The notes below the pieces were generated by a model. That model ran no database searches and was not told where the DNA came from. It saw only the letters and a list, made by a program, of their open reading frames with translations. Shown one piece after another: positions 26,366 to 35,635 of a DNA stretch of 58,442 nt. Origin of the DNA: Fibrobacter sp. (GTDB lineage: Bacteria > Fibrobacterota > Fibrobacteria > Fibrobacterales > Fibrobacteraceae); NCBI GenBank assembly GCA_016295375.1, contig JAEDLI010000001.1, positions 1-58,442 of the forward strand, written 5' to 3'. Position 1 is the stretch's first letter; each line of letters begins with the position of its first letter. The translations under genes and the position numbers were made by a program.

Positions 26366-29300
26366 ATGAAGAAAGCTTTTGCTTTGGCGCTGTCGCTTTT
26401 GGCGGCGTTTGCGTTCGCCGCCTTTGACGAAAGTCATTTCAATTATGGGCGACAGTGGAAAGGTGAACTTAAAGGCGTTAATCTGTCTGGGAAGGGCCTT
26501 TCCCATTTGGCAATCTGGCTTGGTGATAATGCGACTTACAATACATATTGGGAAGGCGATATGGTACGGGCCTGTTTCCAGTATGACCTGACACCGGTAA
26601 TTTATGCCTATGTGATTGCTGAATATGACAAAGACCAGGGTTATAAGGATTGCGACGTGGGTACGCCCAATCATTGTACCAATGGTGCCCAGACCATTCG
26701 GGACCATTGGAGTGATATCCTCGCTCGCTACAAGTCGTATGCCCAAGGCATAGCACAGGATTATGGTACGTCAAAAACCACCATCTGGTTGATTGAACCG
26801 GACTTTTTCCAGTATTCCGCTTCGGGGGATGCGCGTTCCCCTTATACCCAGCAGGGGGGCGGCATTCCCGACGCCGAACTTTGCGGCACCCGGTTTAACC
26901 AAATTGTGGCGGCCATCAAGCAGTACCTGCCCAATGCCAAGATTGCGGTGGATATTTCCCCGTGGCTGAATGGTGACATCGTTGGCTGGTATGCCAATTT
27001 TGACCAGAGTAAGGTCGATTACCTTTTCTCGTCGGGTGGTCGTACCCAGGGTGACCAGAGCCGTATTCGCAGCGACAACAACAACCTGCTGACATGGGCC
27101 CAGGCCAGTGCCGCCATGGGAGGCAAGAAAATTATTGCTGATGACGGTTACGGTGTAGGTGGCGGCAGCAATAACGATTACCAGGATTGGATGAACGTGA
27201 ATAACCTGAACAACCGTATTTCTGACGGTGTTATCGGCATAACCATTCAGGATCCGGGTGATGCTTTTTATGAATTTGCGGCGCAGCATCCCATTTCTCT
27301 CGGCGGTGGCGGAGGAAATTCTTCCAGTTCAACTGCACAGAGTTCTTCTAGCAGGCCGTCCAGTTCGTCGGCAGCTCCAACGCCTAGCAACTTGACCGCC
27401 TTGATTGACAATTTTGAAGACGGCAATGGAATTTCTGAATGGGGCGGTGAGTGGTCCGCGTATACTGATGCCGATGATGGTGGACAGTCCACTGTCACAA
27501 CGTCTTTTTCCACGGGGTATAGTTCTTCGAAGGCTCTAAAGGCGTCCTATGCATTGGAAAAGGGCAATTTGTCATATGACCCGCAGGTGGGTATAACGGT
27601 TGACTTGCTTGCAGACAAGAGCACTGTCAATTTGAATTCTTGTACAAGTATCAGTTATTATTACAAGGGTGCCGCCCATTCGGTGCGTATGGAGTCTCCT
27701 TTGGTGACAGATTATGCATACCATCAGGCATCTGCCGCCACGACAAATAGCTGGACCAAGAAAACGGTGACACTCACTTCCATGAGCCAGCCCGACTGGA
27801 CGAAGATGATTGTTGATGTGAATTCGGCTCGGCAGAATGTGAAGGCTTTCAGTTGGCAGGTTTCCGGGACCACCGGTGCCACGGGTTCTCTGGAAATTGA
27901 CAATGTCCGTTGCGAAGGGTTGCCCGAGGCTGCCTCCAGTTCTTCGGCAAAGTCCAGCTCCAGCGTTTTGTCCAGTTCTGCACGTTCCTCTTCAAGCGTT
28001 TCTTCCAGTTCGGTGACGTCATCCAGCAGCGTTTCGTCCAGTTCCGTCTCGTCATCGAGTGTATCCAGCAGCTCGTCGGTGTCTTCTAGTTCCGTTGGGG
28101 AGGAATGGAATTCCAACACCGAGTTGACCATCAATAACAATGGTAGTGTGACTATCGGTCAGTCCAACGAGTATGCTGCCGCCCGTGTTGTGACCAAGGG
28201 TCTGGGCAACGTTGTTTCCGGAGAATCTTACACGTTGTCCTTTGATGCTACGGAGGGTTCAGGTGGCCAGGAAATGAATATGACGGTGGTTGTCGGGAGC
28301 TATTGCAACGATATTGCGACGATGACAGGTGGCAATACGACTCATGTTACCTGTTCCTTTACCGCCAATGCTTCGGAGTACTTGGCGCTTACTCTTGGTA
28401 TGCCCGGTAGCCGTTGGGAATCGATAACTATTTCCAATTTCTCCTTTGCGGCCAACGTCGTGCCTGTCACATTTACCATTACCTTCAAGAACGGCAATGT
28501 AACATTGCAGACGGTAGAAGTGGAACAGGGTACTATCCCTGTGTATACCGGAGCTGAACCGACAAAGGCGGCAACGGACCAGTACACCTATACATTCCAG
28601 GGCTGGAATCCGGCATTAGCTGCAGCGACAGGAAATGCGACATATCAGGCTGTCTTTAGCGAGGTGACAAATTACTACTCCATCAGGTTCCTGAATGGCG
28701 GAGCCGTGTTGGCTACGCAAGCTGTGGCCTACGGAACAATACCTGTATATTCCGGTGCGACGCCCACCAAGGATGCGGATGCCGCTTACACTTACGCATT
28801 CGACGGTTGGAATCCGGAAATTGTCGCCGTTACGCAGGATAAGGATTATACGGCCAAGTTCAAGGGAACTAAGAAAAAATATACTGTGACCTTTGTGAAT
28901 GGTGACGGTACATCCAGCAGTAGCCAAATGGAGTACGGCGAAACGCCTGTCGCACCTGTGGGCAAGACGCCTGCTAACGATGCACAGTATAGCTATAGCT
29001 TTGCGGGCTGGACTCCGGAAATTGATGCGGTTACTGGCGATGCAACCTACACTGCGGTGGTGGACAAAGCAGTGAACCTGTACACTGTAGCGTTTGTGAA
29101 TGACGATGGCACGCCCCTGACCTCTGCTACGTACTCCTATGGTACCGCTGCGGGCGATGTCATAAAGCCTAGGACTCCCGAAAAGCCCGCTACTGCTGAA
29201 TACACCTATGAGTTTAGCGGCTGGGATCCCAAGATTGCCGATGTCACGGGCAACGCCACATATACCGCCACCTACAAGGAATTCAAGCGCAAATACACCA

Positions 29301-30580
29301 TTACCTACCTGAACGAAGACGGATCAGTCTTCACGAAGGCGGAATACGAATACGGCACTCCGGACAAGAGTCTTCAGCTTGCTGAAAATCCCACCAAGAA
29401 GGGCACGGCCCAGTACACCTATACCTTTGCTGGCTGGAACCCGACCCTGGCTAAAGTTTCGGGAGAGGCCACCTACACGGCGACCTTCAAAGCAACTGTG
29501 AATCAGTACACAGTGACCTTCCTGAACTACGATAATTCTAAACTGCAAAGCTCCAAGGTGGCTTACGGCGAAATGCCTGAGTACATGGGTGAGACTCCGG
29601 TCAAACCCTCCACTGCTACCAACAACTATTTCTTTGACTACTGGACTCCGGGCATAGAGTCTGTGACGGAAGATGTTTCTTATATGGCGGTGTTCCGCGA
29701 GGAAGCCGTTGTAATTCCTTCTAGCAGTTCTGTTGTGGAGTCTAGCAGCTCTGAAGAACAGTCTTCCTCCAGCGAAGTTGTGGAGTCTAGCAGCTCTGAA
29801 GAAGATTCCTCCTCCAGCGAAACGGTTGAGGAGTCTAGCAGCTCTGAAGAACAGTCTTCCTCCAGCGAAGTTGTGGAGTCTAGCAGCTCTGAAGAAGATT
29901 CCTCCTCCAGCGAAACGGTTGAGGAGTCTAGCAGCTCTGAAGAACAGTCTTCCTCCAGCGAAGTTGTGGAGTCCAGCAGCTCTGAAGAAGATTCCTCCTC
30001 CAGCGAAGTGGTTGAAGAATCCAGCAGTTCCGAGGAAAGTTCAAGCAGCGGGGCAGAATCTAGTAGTTCTGTCGAAGAAAGCCCCTGCATTGCCTTTGTG
30101 AACGGTGTCGGGGGGTATGCGGAACACTGCTATAATTCTGGCTTGAACAATATGACTGCGGAAACATGCTACACTATTTCCCCCACACGTCCAGGAAGTT
30201 TACAGTGGATGAATACGGATGCTTCAAATAGGGAATGGTGGGTGGAAACCTCCTGCCTAGACTTTGTTCCTCCCAGCTCCAGTTCTGCAACAACCATTGT
30301 GTCTAGCAGCGCTAGTGCAAGTAGCCCAGAAGCGTTCGTAGCGGAACTGCAGTCGCAATTAAAGGTTTCCTTCGCTCACAACTGCCTTGCGATTTATGCG
30401 CCTAGAGAATCTTTAGTTCGCGTACAGGTGTTCGATATGCTGGGCAATCGCGTTAAGGCATTCCAGGAATCCTTCGTAGGGACCATGGAAATGTCGCTCC
30501 AGGGACTTCCGCAGGGTAGCTACATGGTCCGCGTTGTGACCGGAAGTTCTGCAAAGACCAGCCGTATCAATATACGGTAA
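26366..30580 (+). CDS. Secreted multi-modular putative glycoside hydrolase (unassigned N-terminal catalytic domain, CBM11-like, B-repeat-like units, Ser/Glu repeat, C-terminal sorting-type domain)
   Basis: Signal peptide MKKAFALALSLLAAFAFA; IDNFEDG...LEIDNVRC module; about six Y(T/S)F.GW.P....VTG.ATY.A repeats; VQVFDMLG...GSYMVRV tail. Confidence 0.85.
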   Translation: MKKAFALALSLLAAFAFAAFDESHFNYGRQWKGELKGVNLSGKGLSHLAIWLGDNATYNTYWEGDMVRACFQYDLTPVIYAYVIAEYDKDQGYKDCDVGTPNHCTNGAQTIRDHWSDILARYKSYAQGIAQDYGTSKTTIWLIEPDFFQYSASGDARSPYTQQGGGIPDAELCGTRFNQIVAAIKQYLPNAKIAVDISPWLNGDIVGWYANFDQSKVDYLFSSGGRTQGDQSRIRSDNNNLLTWAQASAAMGGKKIIADDGYGVGGGSNNDYQDWMNVNNLNNRISDGVIGITIQDPGDAFYEFAAQHPISLGGGGGNSSSSTAQSSSSRPSSSSAAPTPSNLTALIDNFEDGNGISEWGGEWSAYTDADDGGQSTVTTSFSTGYSSSKALKASYALEKGNLSYDPQVGITVDLLADKSTVNLNSCTSISYYYKGAAHSVRMESPLVTDYAYHQASAATTNSWTKKTVTLTSMSQPDWTKMIVDVNSARQNVKAFSWQVSGTTGATGSLEIDNVRCEGLPEAASSSSAKSSSSVLSSSARSSSSVSSSSVTSSSSVSSSSVSSSSVSSSSSVSSSSVGEEWNSNTELTINNNGSVTIGQSNEYAAARVVTKGLGNVVSGESYTLSFDATEGSGGQEMNMTVVVGSYCNDIATMTGGNTTHVTCSFTANASEYLALTLGMPGSRWESITISNFSFAANVVPVTFTITFKNGNVTLQTVEVEQGTIPVYTGAEPTKAATDQYTYTFQGWNPALAAATGNATYQAVFSEVTNYYSIRFLNGGAVLATQAVAYGTIPVYSGATPTKDADAAYTYAFDGWNPEIVAVTQDKDYTAKFKGTKKKYTVTFVNGDGTSSSSQMEYGETPVAPVGKTPANDAQYSYSFAGWTPEIDAVTGDATYTAVVDKAVNLYTVAFVNDDGTPLTSATYSYGTAAGDVIKPRTPEKPATAEYTYEFSGWDPKIADVTGNATYTATYKEFKRKYTITYLNEDGSVFTKAEYEYGTPDKSLQLAENPTKKGTAQYTYTFAGWNPTLAKVSGEATYTATFKATVNQYTVTFLNYDNSKLQSSKVAYGEMPEYMGETPVKPSTATNNYFFDYWTPGIESVTEDVSYMAVFREEAVVIPSSSSVVESSSSEEQSSSSEVVESSSSEEDSSSSETVEESSSSEEQSSSSEVVESSSSEEDSSSSETVEESSSSEEQSSSSEVVESSSSEEDSSSSEVVEESSSSEESSSSGAESSSSVEESPCIAFVNGVGGYAEHCYNSGLNNMTAETCYTISPTRPGSLQWMNTDASNREWWVETSCLDFVPPSSSSATTIVSSSASASSPEAFVAELQSQLKVSFAHNCLAIYAPRESLVRVQVFDMLGNRVKAFQESFVGTMEMSLQGLPQGSYMVRVVTGSSAKTSRINIR
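29732..30050 (+). repeat. Coding tandem repeat (45/48-nt units, 93-nt higher-order unit)
   Basis: Near-identical DNA repeats encoding VVESSSSEE(Q/D)SSSSE and TVEESSSSEEQSSSSE. Confidence 0.9.
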
Positions 30581-30612
30581 GCCTCTTGCCGACGGTGACT
30601 GGAGCTTACAAG

Positions 30613-30843
30613 TGTGTGATGTGAAATGTGTAGTGAGAAATGAATAATTCCACTTCCCACGTTAAATCTTCTTGTTTTTATCGGTCCTGATACCTAATCG
30701 CTAAAATCTCAAGCGGATCCTCACTTTCGTGAGGATGACTTTCCTCGTGCCCCGCACCTCACAACTCATAACTGGCTACTCATTACTAATCTCACATTCC
30801 TCATTCCCCAAACCCTTAGATCCTAGCCCCTAACCCCTAACCA
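30613..30843. repeat. Heptamer-repeat arms flanking a REP-like palindrome (30716-30739)
   Basis: GTGTGAT/GTGAAAT/GAGAAAT arm; GATCCTCAC-TTTC-GTGAGGATGAC; CTCACAA/CTCATAA and CTAGCCC/CTAACCC arms. Confidence 0.6.
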
Positions 30844-30865
30844 CTATTTACTATCTTTGGCCCGT

Positions 30866-31564
30866 ATGTTTTTGAAGGGCGTGAAAGACGGGTTACCCAT
30901 AGGCATCGGCTATTTTGCGGTGTCCTTCTCTTTCGGCATTGCCGGATCCAAGTTCATGTCTTGGTTCTTGGTGACCTTCATCTCCATGACCAACTTGACT
31001 TCGGCGGGACAGTTTGCGGGCCTTAACATCATGGTGGATGCCGCCGGCACTTTTTTGGAGATGGCTATCGCCACCTTCTTTATTAATCTGCGCTATTCCC
31101 TGATGGCCATCACCCTTTCCCAGAAAGTCTCGTCTGATTTTACGACGCCTTACCGCCTGCTTTTGGCCACGGGAATCACCGACGAAATTTTCGCCGTGTC
31201 CATGGCGCAGCAAAACCGCGTGACCCCCCGCTATTTCTTTGGCCTAATGGTGCTGCCCTATATCGGCTGGTCCCTGGGGACGCTCACGGGGGCTGTGTCT
31301 GGAGAGATTTTGCCCTCCTGGATTACCAACGCCCTGGGAGTCGCCTTGTATGGTATGTTTGTGGCCATTGTGGTGCCCCCCTGCAAAAAAAATCTGTCCA
31401 CATTGATTGTGGTGCTGGTGGCCATCGCCTTGAGTCTTGCATTCAAGTATGTCCCTGTGCTGCAGGGCGTCTCTTATGGTTTTTCCAGTATCATCTGTGC
31501 GGTAGTAGCCTCTCTCTTTGGGGCCCTGTTCTTCCCGGTCAAGGCGTCGGACGATGAACCTTAG
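30866..31564 (+). CDS. azlC: AzlC-family branched-chain amino acid exporter permease
   Basis: GLPIGIGY..VSFSFG, SAGQF, INLRY and ITDEIFAV motifs; hydrophobic. Confidence 0.9.
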   Translation: MFLKGVKDGLPIGIGYFAVSFSFGIAGSKFMSWFLVTFISMTNLTSAGQFAGLNIMVDAAGTFLEMAIATFFINLRYSLMAITLSQKVSSDFTTPYRLLLATGITDEIFAVSMAQQNRVTPRYFFGLMVLPYIGWSLGTLTGAVSGEILPSWITNALGVALYGMFVAIVVPPCKKNLSTLIVVLVAIALSLAFKYVPVLQGVSYGFSSIICAVVASLFGALFFPVKASDDEP

Positions 31565-31874
31565 GGAATACTTTGCCTTCTTGATGGTTATGGCGGGAGT
31601 GACCTTCCTTTTGCGGGCTGTTCCCTTTGTGCTTTTGAAAGGGAAGCTGAGCAATCCCTTTGTCAAGTCTTTTTTGGCCTACATCCCTTGCACGGTACTT
31701 GCCGCCATGACGGTGCCTGCCATCTTCTATTCTACGGATTCCATGCTGTCGGGCGTGCTTGCTCTTGTAACGGCCGTGGTGGCATCCCTGTTCCGGTTTG
31801 GGCTGGTGGGCGTTGCCCTGGTGGCCTGCTGCACGGTGCTTTTTATAGACGGCCTTTGGCCCTTGTTCTTTTAA
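31554..31874 (+). CDS. azlD: AzlD-family small membrane protein
   Basis: MAGVTFLLRAVPF and FLAYIPCTVLAAM motifs; overlaps azlC. Confidence 0.85.
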   Translation: MNLREYFAFLMVMAGVTFLLRAVPFVLLKGKLSNPFVKSFLAYIPCTVLAAMTVPAIFYSTDSMLSGVLALVTAVVASLFRFGLVGVALVACCTVLFIDGLWPLFF

Positions 31875-31895
31875 TAATCTAGATTGGTGTGGCTT

Positions 31896-33293
31896 ATGGA
31901 ATTCGGGCGTTTTGAAGCGTTGATTGAAAAGTTCCCTCAGGTGCAGATCTTTAGCACCGACGGTGCGGATTTGGACCGGGTCATTACTCATTTCTTGAAC
32001 CAGCGCAAGAAAGTCTCTACCATGTCCGAATCCATGCAGCGTAAAATCCAGCAGGCCCTGGCGCCCTTCTGGCAGCAGCGTTTTATCAGTTTGCACGATT
32101 CGGAGGCTCCGCTGGTCAAGAACCTGCTTTTGAACAAGAAGTTCTTTTTGCAGACGGACCGCTATATCGACGACGTGCCGTTTCCGGAGACGGATCCCGC
32201 GAAGCTTGACGAGGCTATGGTCATCGCGGACTTGCCGATGGACATTCTGGAGAGAAAGCTTCTGAGCTTGTCTAACGGGGAACTCCGCCGGGTGCTGCTG
32301 GCCCGTATGTGGATGGAAAAGCCGGAGTGGGTTTATTTCAACGACCTGTTCGGCGGTCTGGACCCGGAGTACCGTGTGCACCTGGCTGGCTGTGTGGCCG
32401 GTCTTGCCAAGCGCCAAAACCTGAATGTGGTGGTGCGTCTTGCCCGCGAAGACGAACTGATTCCGGAGATTCCCGCTTTTGTATTCGAGAACAAGGTGTT
32501 CAAGGAATACGCCAGTTCGTTGCCCGATGTGGCGGCCCAGCCGAAATTTCGCAAGGCGGAACTGACGGACTACGAGGTTGTAGACCTGAAGTGTAGGCTT
32601 GGAGATCCCCGCCTGCGCGGGGATGACAATAAAGGGGAAGTCCTTTTCGATTTAAGAAACGTCAACGTCCGTTTTGGTGAAACGACGGTTATTAGGAATT
32701 TGAACTGGCAGGTCCGCAAGGGCGAACACTGGGTGGTCATGGGGGAGAACGGCGCAGGCAAGAGTACGTTGCTTGGGCTCTTGACGGCGGACCACCCCCA
32801 GATTTATGGAAACGACATTACACTCCTGGGTGAGCGTCCGGGGCATGGTCTGAACATCTGGGACCACAAGGCGAAACTGGGATTTTTCTCTCCGGAACTG
32901 GCGCTCCAGTACCGCGAAGACCTGAGCCTCTTGGAGGTGCTCTGCACGGGCTTTACGCCGAACCTCTGCAAGGCGGACAACACCACCTGGGAAGAACGGG
33001 CCAAGGCGAAGGAATGGCTTGCCTACCTGGGGTTTGAAGACCCCGAAGAAAATGTCCGCAAGCTTTCTCCCATAGACAAACGGGTGATTCTTATGGCCCG
33101 AGCCGCTATCCGCCCGCCCCAGGTGCTTCTGCTGGACGAACCCTCCCAGGGGCTGGAGAAGGGCTATCGGGACAAGTTCTTCCACCTGCTGGACCTGCTC
33201 TCTAAAGAAACGACTATTATTTTGGTGAGCCACTACGAAGAGGAATGGCCGCCCTGTATGACCCACCTTCTTCGCATGCCAAGGTTCTCATAA
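31896..33293 (+). CDS. ABC ATP-binding protein, ModF-like (two NBDs, first degenerate)
   Basis: LSNGELRRVLLAR, GEHWVVMGENGAGKST and LLDEPSQGL motifs. Confidence 0.85.
   Translation: MEFGRFEALIEKFPQVQIFSTDGADLDRVITHFLNQRKKVSTMSESMQRKIQQALAPFWQQRFISLHDSEAPLVKNLLLNKKFFLQTDRYIDDVPFPETDPAKLDEAMVIADLPMDILERKLLSLSNGELRRVLLARMWMEKPEWVYFNDLFGGLDPEYRVHLAGCVAGLAKRQNLNVVVRLAREDELIPEIPAFVFENKVFKEYASSLPDVAAQPKFRKAELTDYEVVDLKCRLGDPRLRGDDNKGEVLFDLRNVNVRFGETTVIRNLNWQVRKGEHWVVMGENGAGKSTLLGLLTADHPQIYGNDITLLGERPGHGLNIWDHKAKLGFFSPELALQYREDLSLLEVLCTGFTPNLCKADNTTWEERAKAKEWLAYLGFEDPEENVRKLSPIDKRVILMARAAIRPPQVLLLDEPSQGLEKGYRDKFFHLLDLLSKETTIILVSHYEEEWPPCMTHLLRMPRFS
32604..32627. repeat. REP-like element in-frame inside the ABC ATPase
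   Basis: GATCCCCGC-CTGC-GCGGGGATGAC, read as DPRLRGDD in the inter-NBD linker. Confidence 0.8.
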
Positions 33294-33336
33294 TCGGCAG
33301 TCACGGACCTTCGGCCCTAACCACTAATCACTTTTT

Positions 33337-34455
33337 ATGCAACTCTCTGAACAAAATATTCTAAGTGCCCTCAAAGCGGTCCAGGATCCCGACCTGCACA
33401 AGAACATCGTGGAGCTGAACTTTGTACAGAATCTGAAAATCGAAGGGACCAAGGTTACCTTTGACCTGGTACTCACGACTCCTGCATGCCCCATCCGCGA
33501 CCGGTTCAAGGACCAGTGCATTTCCATTGTGAAGGGGCTGGGCGCTTCTGAGGTCGAGGTGACCCTTACCTCCAATGCCGGCCGCGTAGGCGATGCTCCC
33601 GAACAGCCCCAGGTTTCTTTCCTTGGCGAAGTTTCTCATATCGTTGGGGTGGCCTCTGGCAAGGGCGGTGTAGGAAAATCTACGGTGACGGCGAACCTCG
33701 CCATGGCGCTGAGCCTGTCCGGTGCCCGCGTGGGGATTCTGGACGCAGATATTTATGGCCCCAGCATGGGCCTCATGTTCGGTATCGACAAGGACCCTCA
33801 GGTTTTTGAAGACAACACCATTGCCCCGGTAGAGGCAAAGGGCGGCATTGCCATCGTGTCCATGTGTATGTTTGCCGGTTCCGAGAAGGCCACTATCTGG
33901 CGAGGCCCTATGGCAAGCCAGATGATCCAGCATTTTTTGAACCGGGTGCGCTGGGGCAAACTGGACTACCTGCTGGTGGATTTCCCTCCTGGAACGGGGG
34001 ATATCCAGCTGACGCTGACTCAGAACTGTCCTATGGCAGGAGCCGTGGTGGTGACCACCCCGCAAGAGGTGGCACTTGCCGACTGCCGCAAGGGACTTGC
34101 CATGTTTGATTCCGTCGGCGTGCCCGTTGTGGGAGTCGTGGAGAATATGAGTTATTTCATCTGCGACGGGTGCGGCAAGCACCACAACATTTTCCGCCAA
34201 GGCGGCGGTGAACGCATAGCCAAAAATTGGGGTGTGCCGTTAATCGCGAAGATTCCTCTTGAACCTGCGGTTGCCGACTGCGGAGACGAAGGAACACCTG
34301 CGGTGCTACGCTATCCGAATTCAGAATCGGCGAAGGCCTTTTTGCAGGCGGCAGATGCAGTCGTGAGAACACTTTCGGTATTCAAGTCGGTCGGAGATGG
34401 CGTACTCAAGAACTTCAACTATGCCTTTGACGAACTTCCGGAGGAGGATGTATGA
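33337..34455 (+). CDS. mrp: Mrp/ApbC/NBP35 Fe-S cluster carrier ATPase with N-terminal DUF59-like domain
   Basis: VQDPDL..LTTPACP, ASGKGGVGKST, DADIYGPS, DFPPGTGD and ENMSYFICDGC motifs. Confidence 0.92.
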   Translation: MQLSEQNILSALKAVQDPDLHKNIVELNFVQNLKIEGTKVTFDLVLTTPACPIRDRFKDQCISIVKGLGASEVEVTLTSNAGRVGDAPEQPQVSFLGEVSHIVGVASGKGGVGKSTVTANLAMALSLSGARVGILDADIYGPSMGLMFGIDKDPQVFEDNTIAPVEAKGGIAIVSMCMFAGSEKATIWRGPMASQMIQHFLNRVRWGKLDYLLVDFPPGTGDIQLTLTQNCPMAGAVVVTTPQEVALADCRKGLAMFDSVGVPVVGVVENMSYFICDGCGKHHNIFRQGGGERIAKNWGVPLIAKIPLEPAVADCGDEGTPAVLRYPNSESAKAFLQAADAVVRTLSVFKSVGDGVLKNFNYAFDELPEEDV

Positions 34456-34748
34456 TCCAGCCCAAGAAAGTTTTCAGGACGAAAGATGGAAAGCTTGGCT
34501 TTGAGTGGAACGATGGAACACGGGGCGTCTGTTCGGCCCGGGAACTTCGTCTCGCTTGCCCCTGCGCCCTGTGCGTAGATGAACACACCGGTGAAAAATT
34601 GCTTGACAATTCTACTGTTCCCGACGATATTAAACTGGAGAGGGTTCAATCCATCGGTCGCTACGCTGCGGGTTTATCCTTTAGCGACGGTCACCGTTCG
34701 GGAATTTACCCCTACGATAAACTGAAGGAATTGACGAAAAACGTGTAA
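34452..34748 (+). CDS. DUF971 family protein
   Basis: W.DG...ELRLACPCALC, GRYA...FSDGH..GIYPY motifs. Confidence 0.85.
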   Translation: MIQPKKVFRTKDGKLGFEWNDGTRGVCSARELRLACPCALCVDEHTGEKLLDNSTVPDDIKLERVQSIGRYAAGLSFSDGHRSGIYPYDKLKELTKNV

Positions 34749-34783
34749 AAAACAATATTTACTCCGAATTTTTTGGAAAAATC

Positions 34784-35635
34784 ATGAGCGAGTTTAACGA
34801 ATCACTTTATTTTCGCGATTTGAATCGTTACCCGACTCTTTCTCAACAAGAGGAAGAGGCTTTGTTGACGATTATCCGGACCGGCGAAACGGAGGAAATT
34901 CGTAAATCGGCCCTCCAACGGCTCATTCGGGGTAACCTTCGCTTTGTGGTCTCTGTGGCCCGAAAGTATCAAGGGCGAGGACTGGCCCTGCTGGATTTGA
35001 TTAATGAAGGCAATATCGGTCTTTACAAGGCAGCCAAGCGTTTTGACATGAACAAGGATGTCAAGTTCATCTCGTATGCTGTCTGGTGGATCCGCCAGTC
35101 TATTCAGAAAGCCCTTTTTGAGCAGGTTGGGTCTGTGCGTATTCCGCCCAACAAGCTCGCTTTGGTGAATCGTTTCAAACGGGCTCTGATGCTGAACGGT
35201 GGCGATTACGCCAAGACCATGGCCATGGAAGAGTTTGCGCCCAATGAAAAGGACATCATTGAGGTCATGGAAAAGATTGTGGACATCTCCCTGGATGCCC
35301 CTATCGGTGATGATCCTGGCAGCAATTCCGGTGCGGATTCTGTCAGCACCTTGATGGATGTTCTTGGCAACGACGGTAAGCAAGAAGAGGAAATGGAGCG
35401 AGAAGAGCGTCGCAAGATGATTGACGAAACCTTGGCCTCGCTCCCTCGTAGGGAAGAAGAAATCCTGAAGATGTTCTATGGCCTGGATACCACGGAAGAC
35501 ACCACTCTCAAGGATATCGGTGAAGATTTACGTTTGAGTCGTGAAAGGGTGCGCCAGATTAAGAACAAGACCCTTAGGCGTTTGCAGAAAAGCAAGGAAC
35601 ACAAAGAAAAACTCTCCGACTTTCTGGAGTTGTAA
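34784..35635 (+). CDS. RNA polymerase sigma-70 factor (RpoD/SigA-like, no region 1.1)
   Basis: NLRFVVSVARKY, DLINEGNIGL, KFISYAVWWIRQSI, SLDAPI and TLKDIG...SRERVRQI motifs. Confidence 0.92.
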   Translation: MSEFNESLYFRDLNRYPTLSQQEEEALLTIIRTGETEEIRKSALQRLIRGNLRFVVSVARKYQGRGLALLDLINEGNIGLYKAAKRFDMNKDVKFISYAVWWIRQSIQKALFEQVGSVRIPPNKLALVNRFKRALMLNGGDYAKTMAMEEFAPNEKDIIEVMEKIVDISLDAPIGDDPGSNSGADSVSTLMDVLGNDGKQEEEMEREERRKMIDETLASLPRREEEILKMFYGLDTTEDTTLKDIGEDLRLSRERVRQIKNKTLRRLQKSKEHKEKLSDFLEL

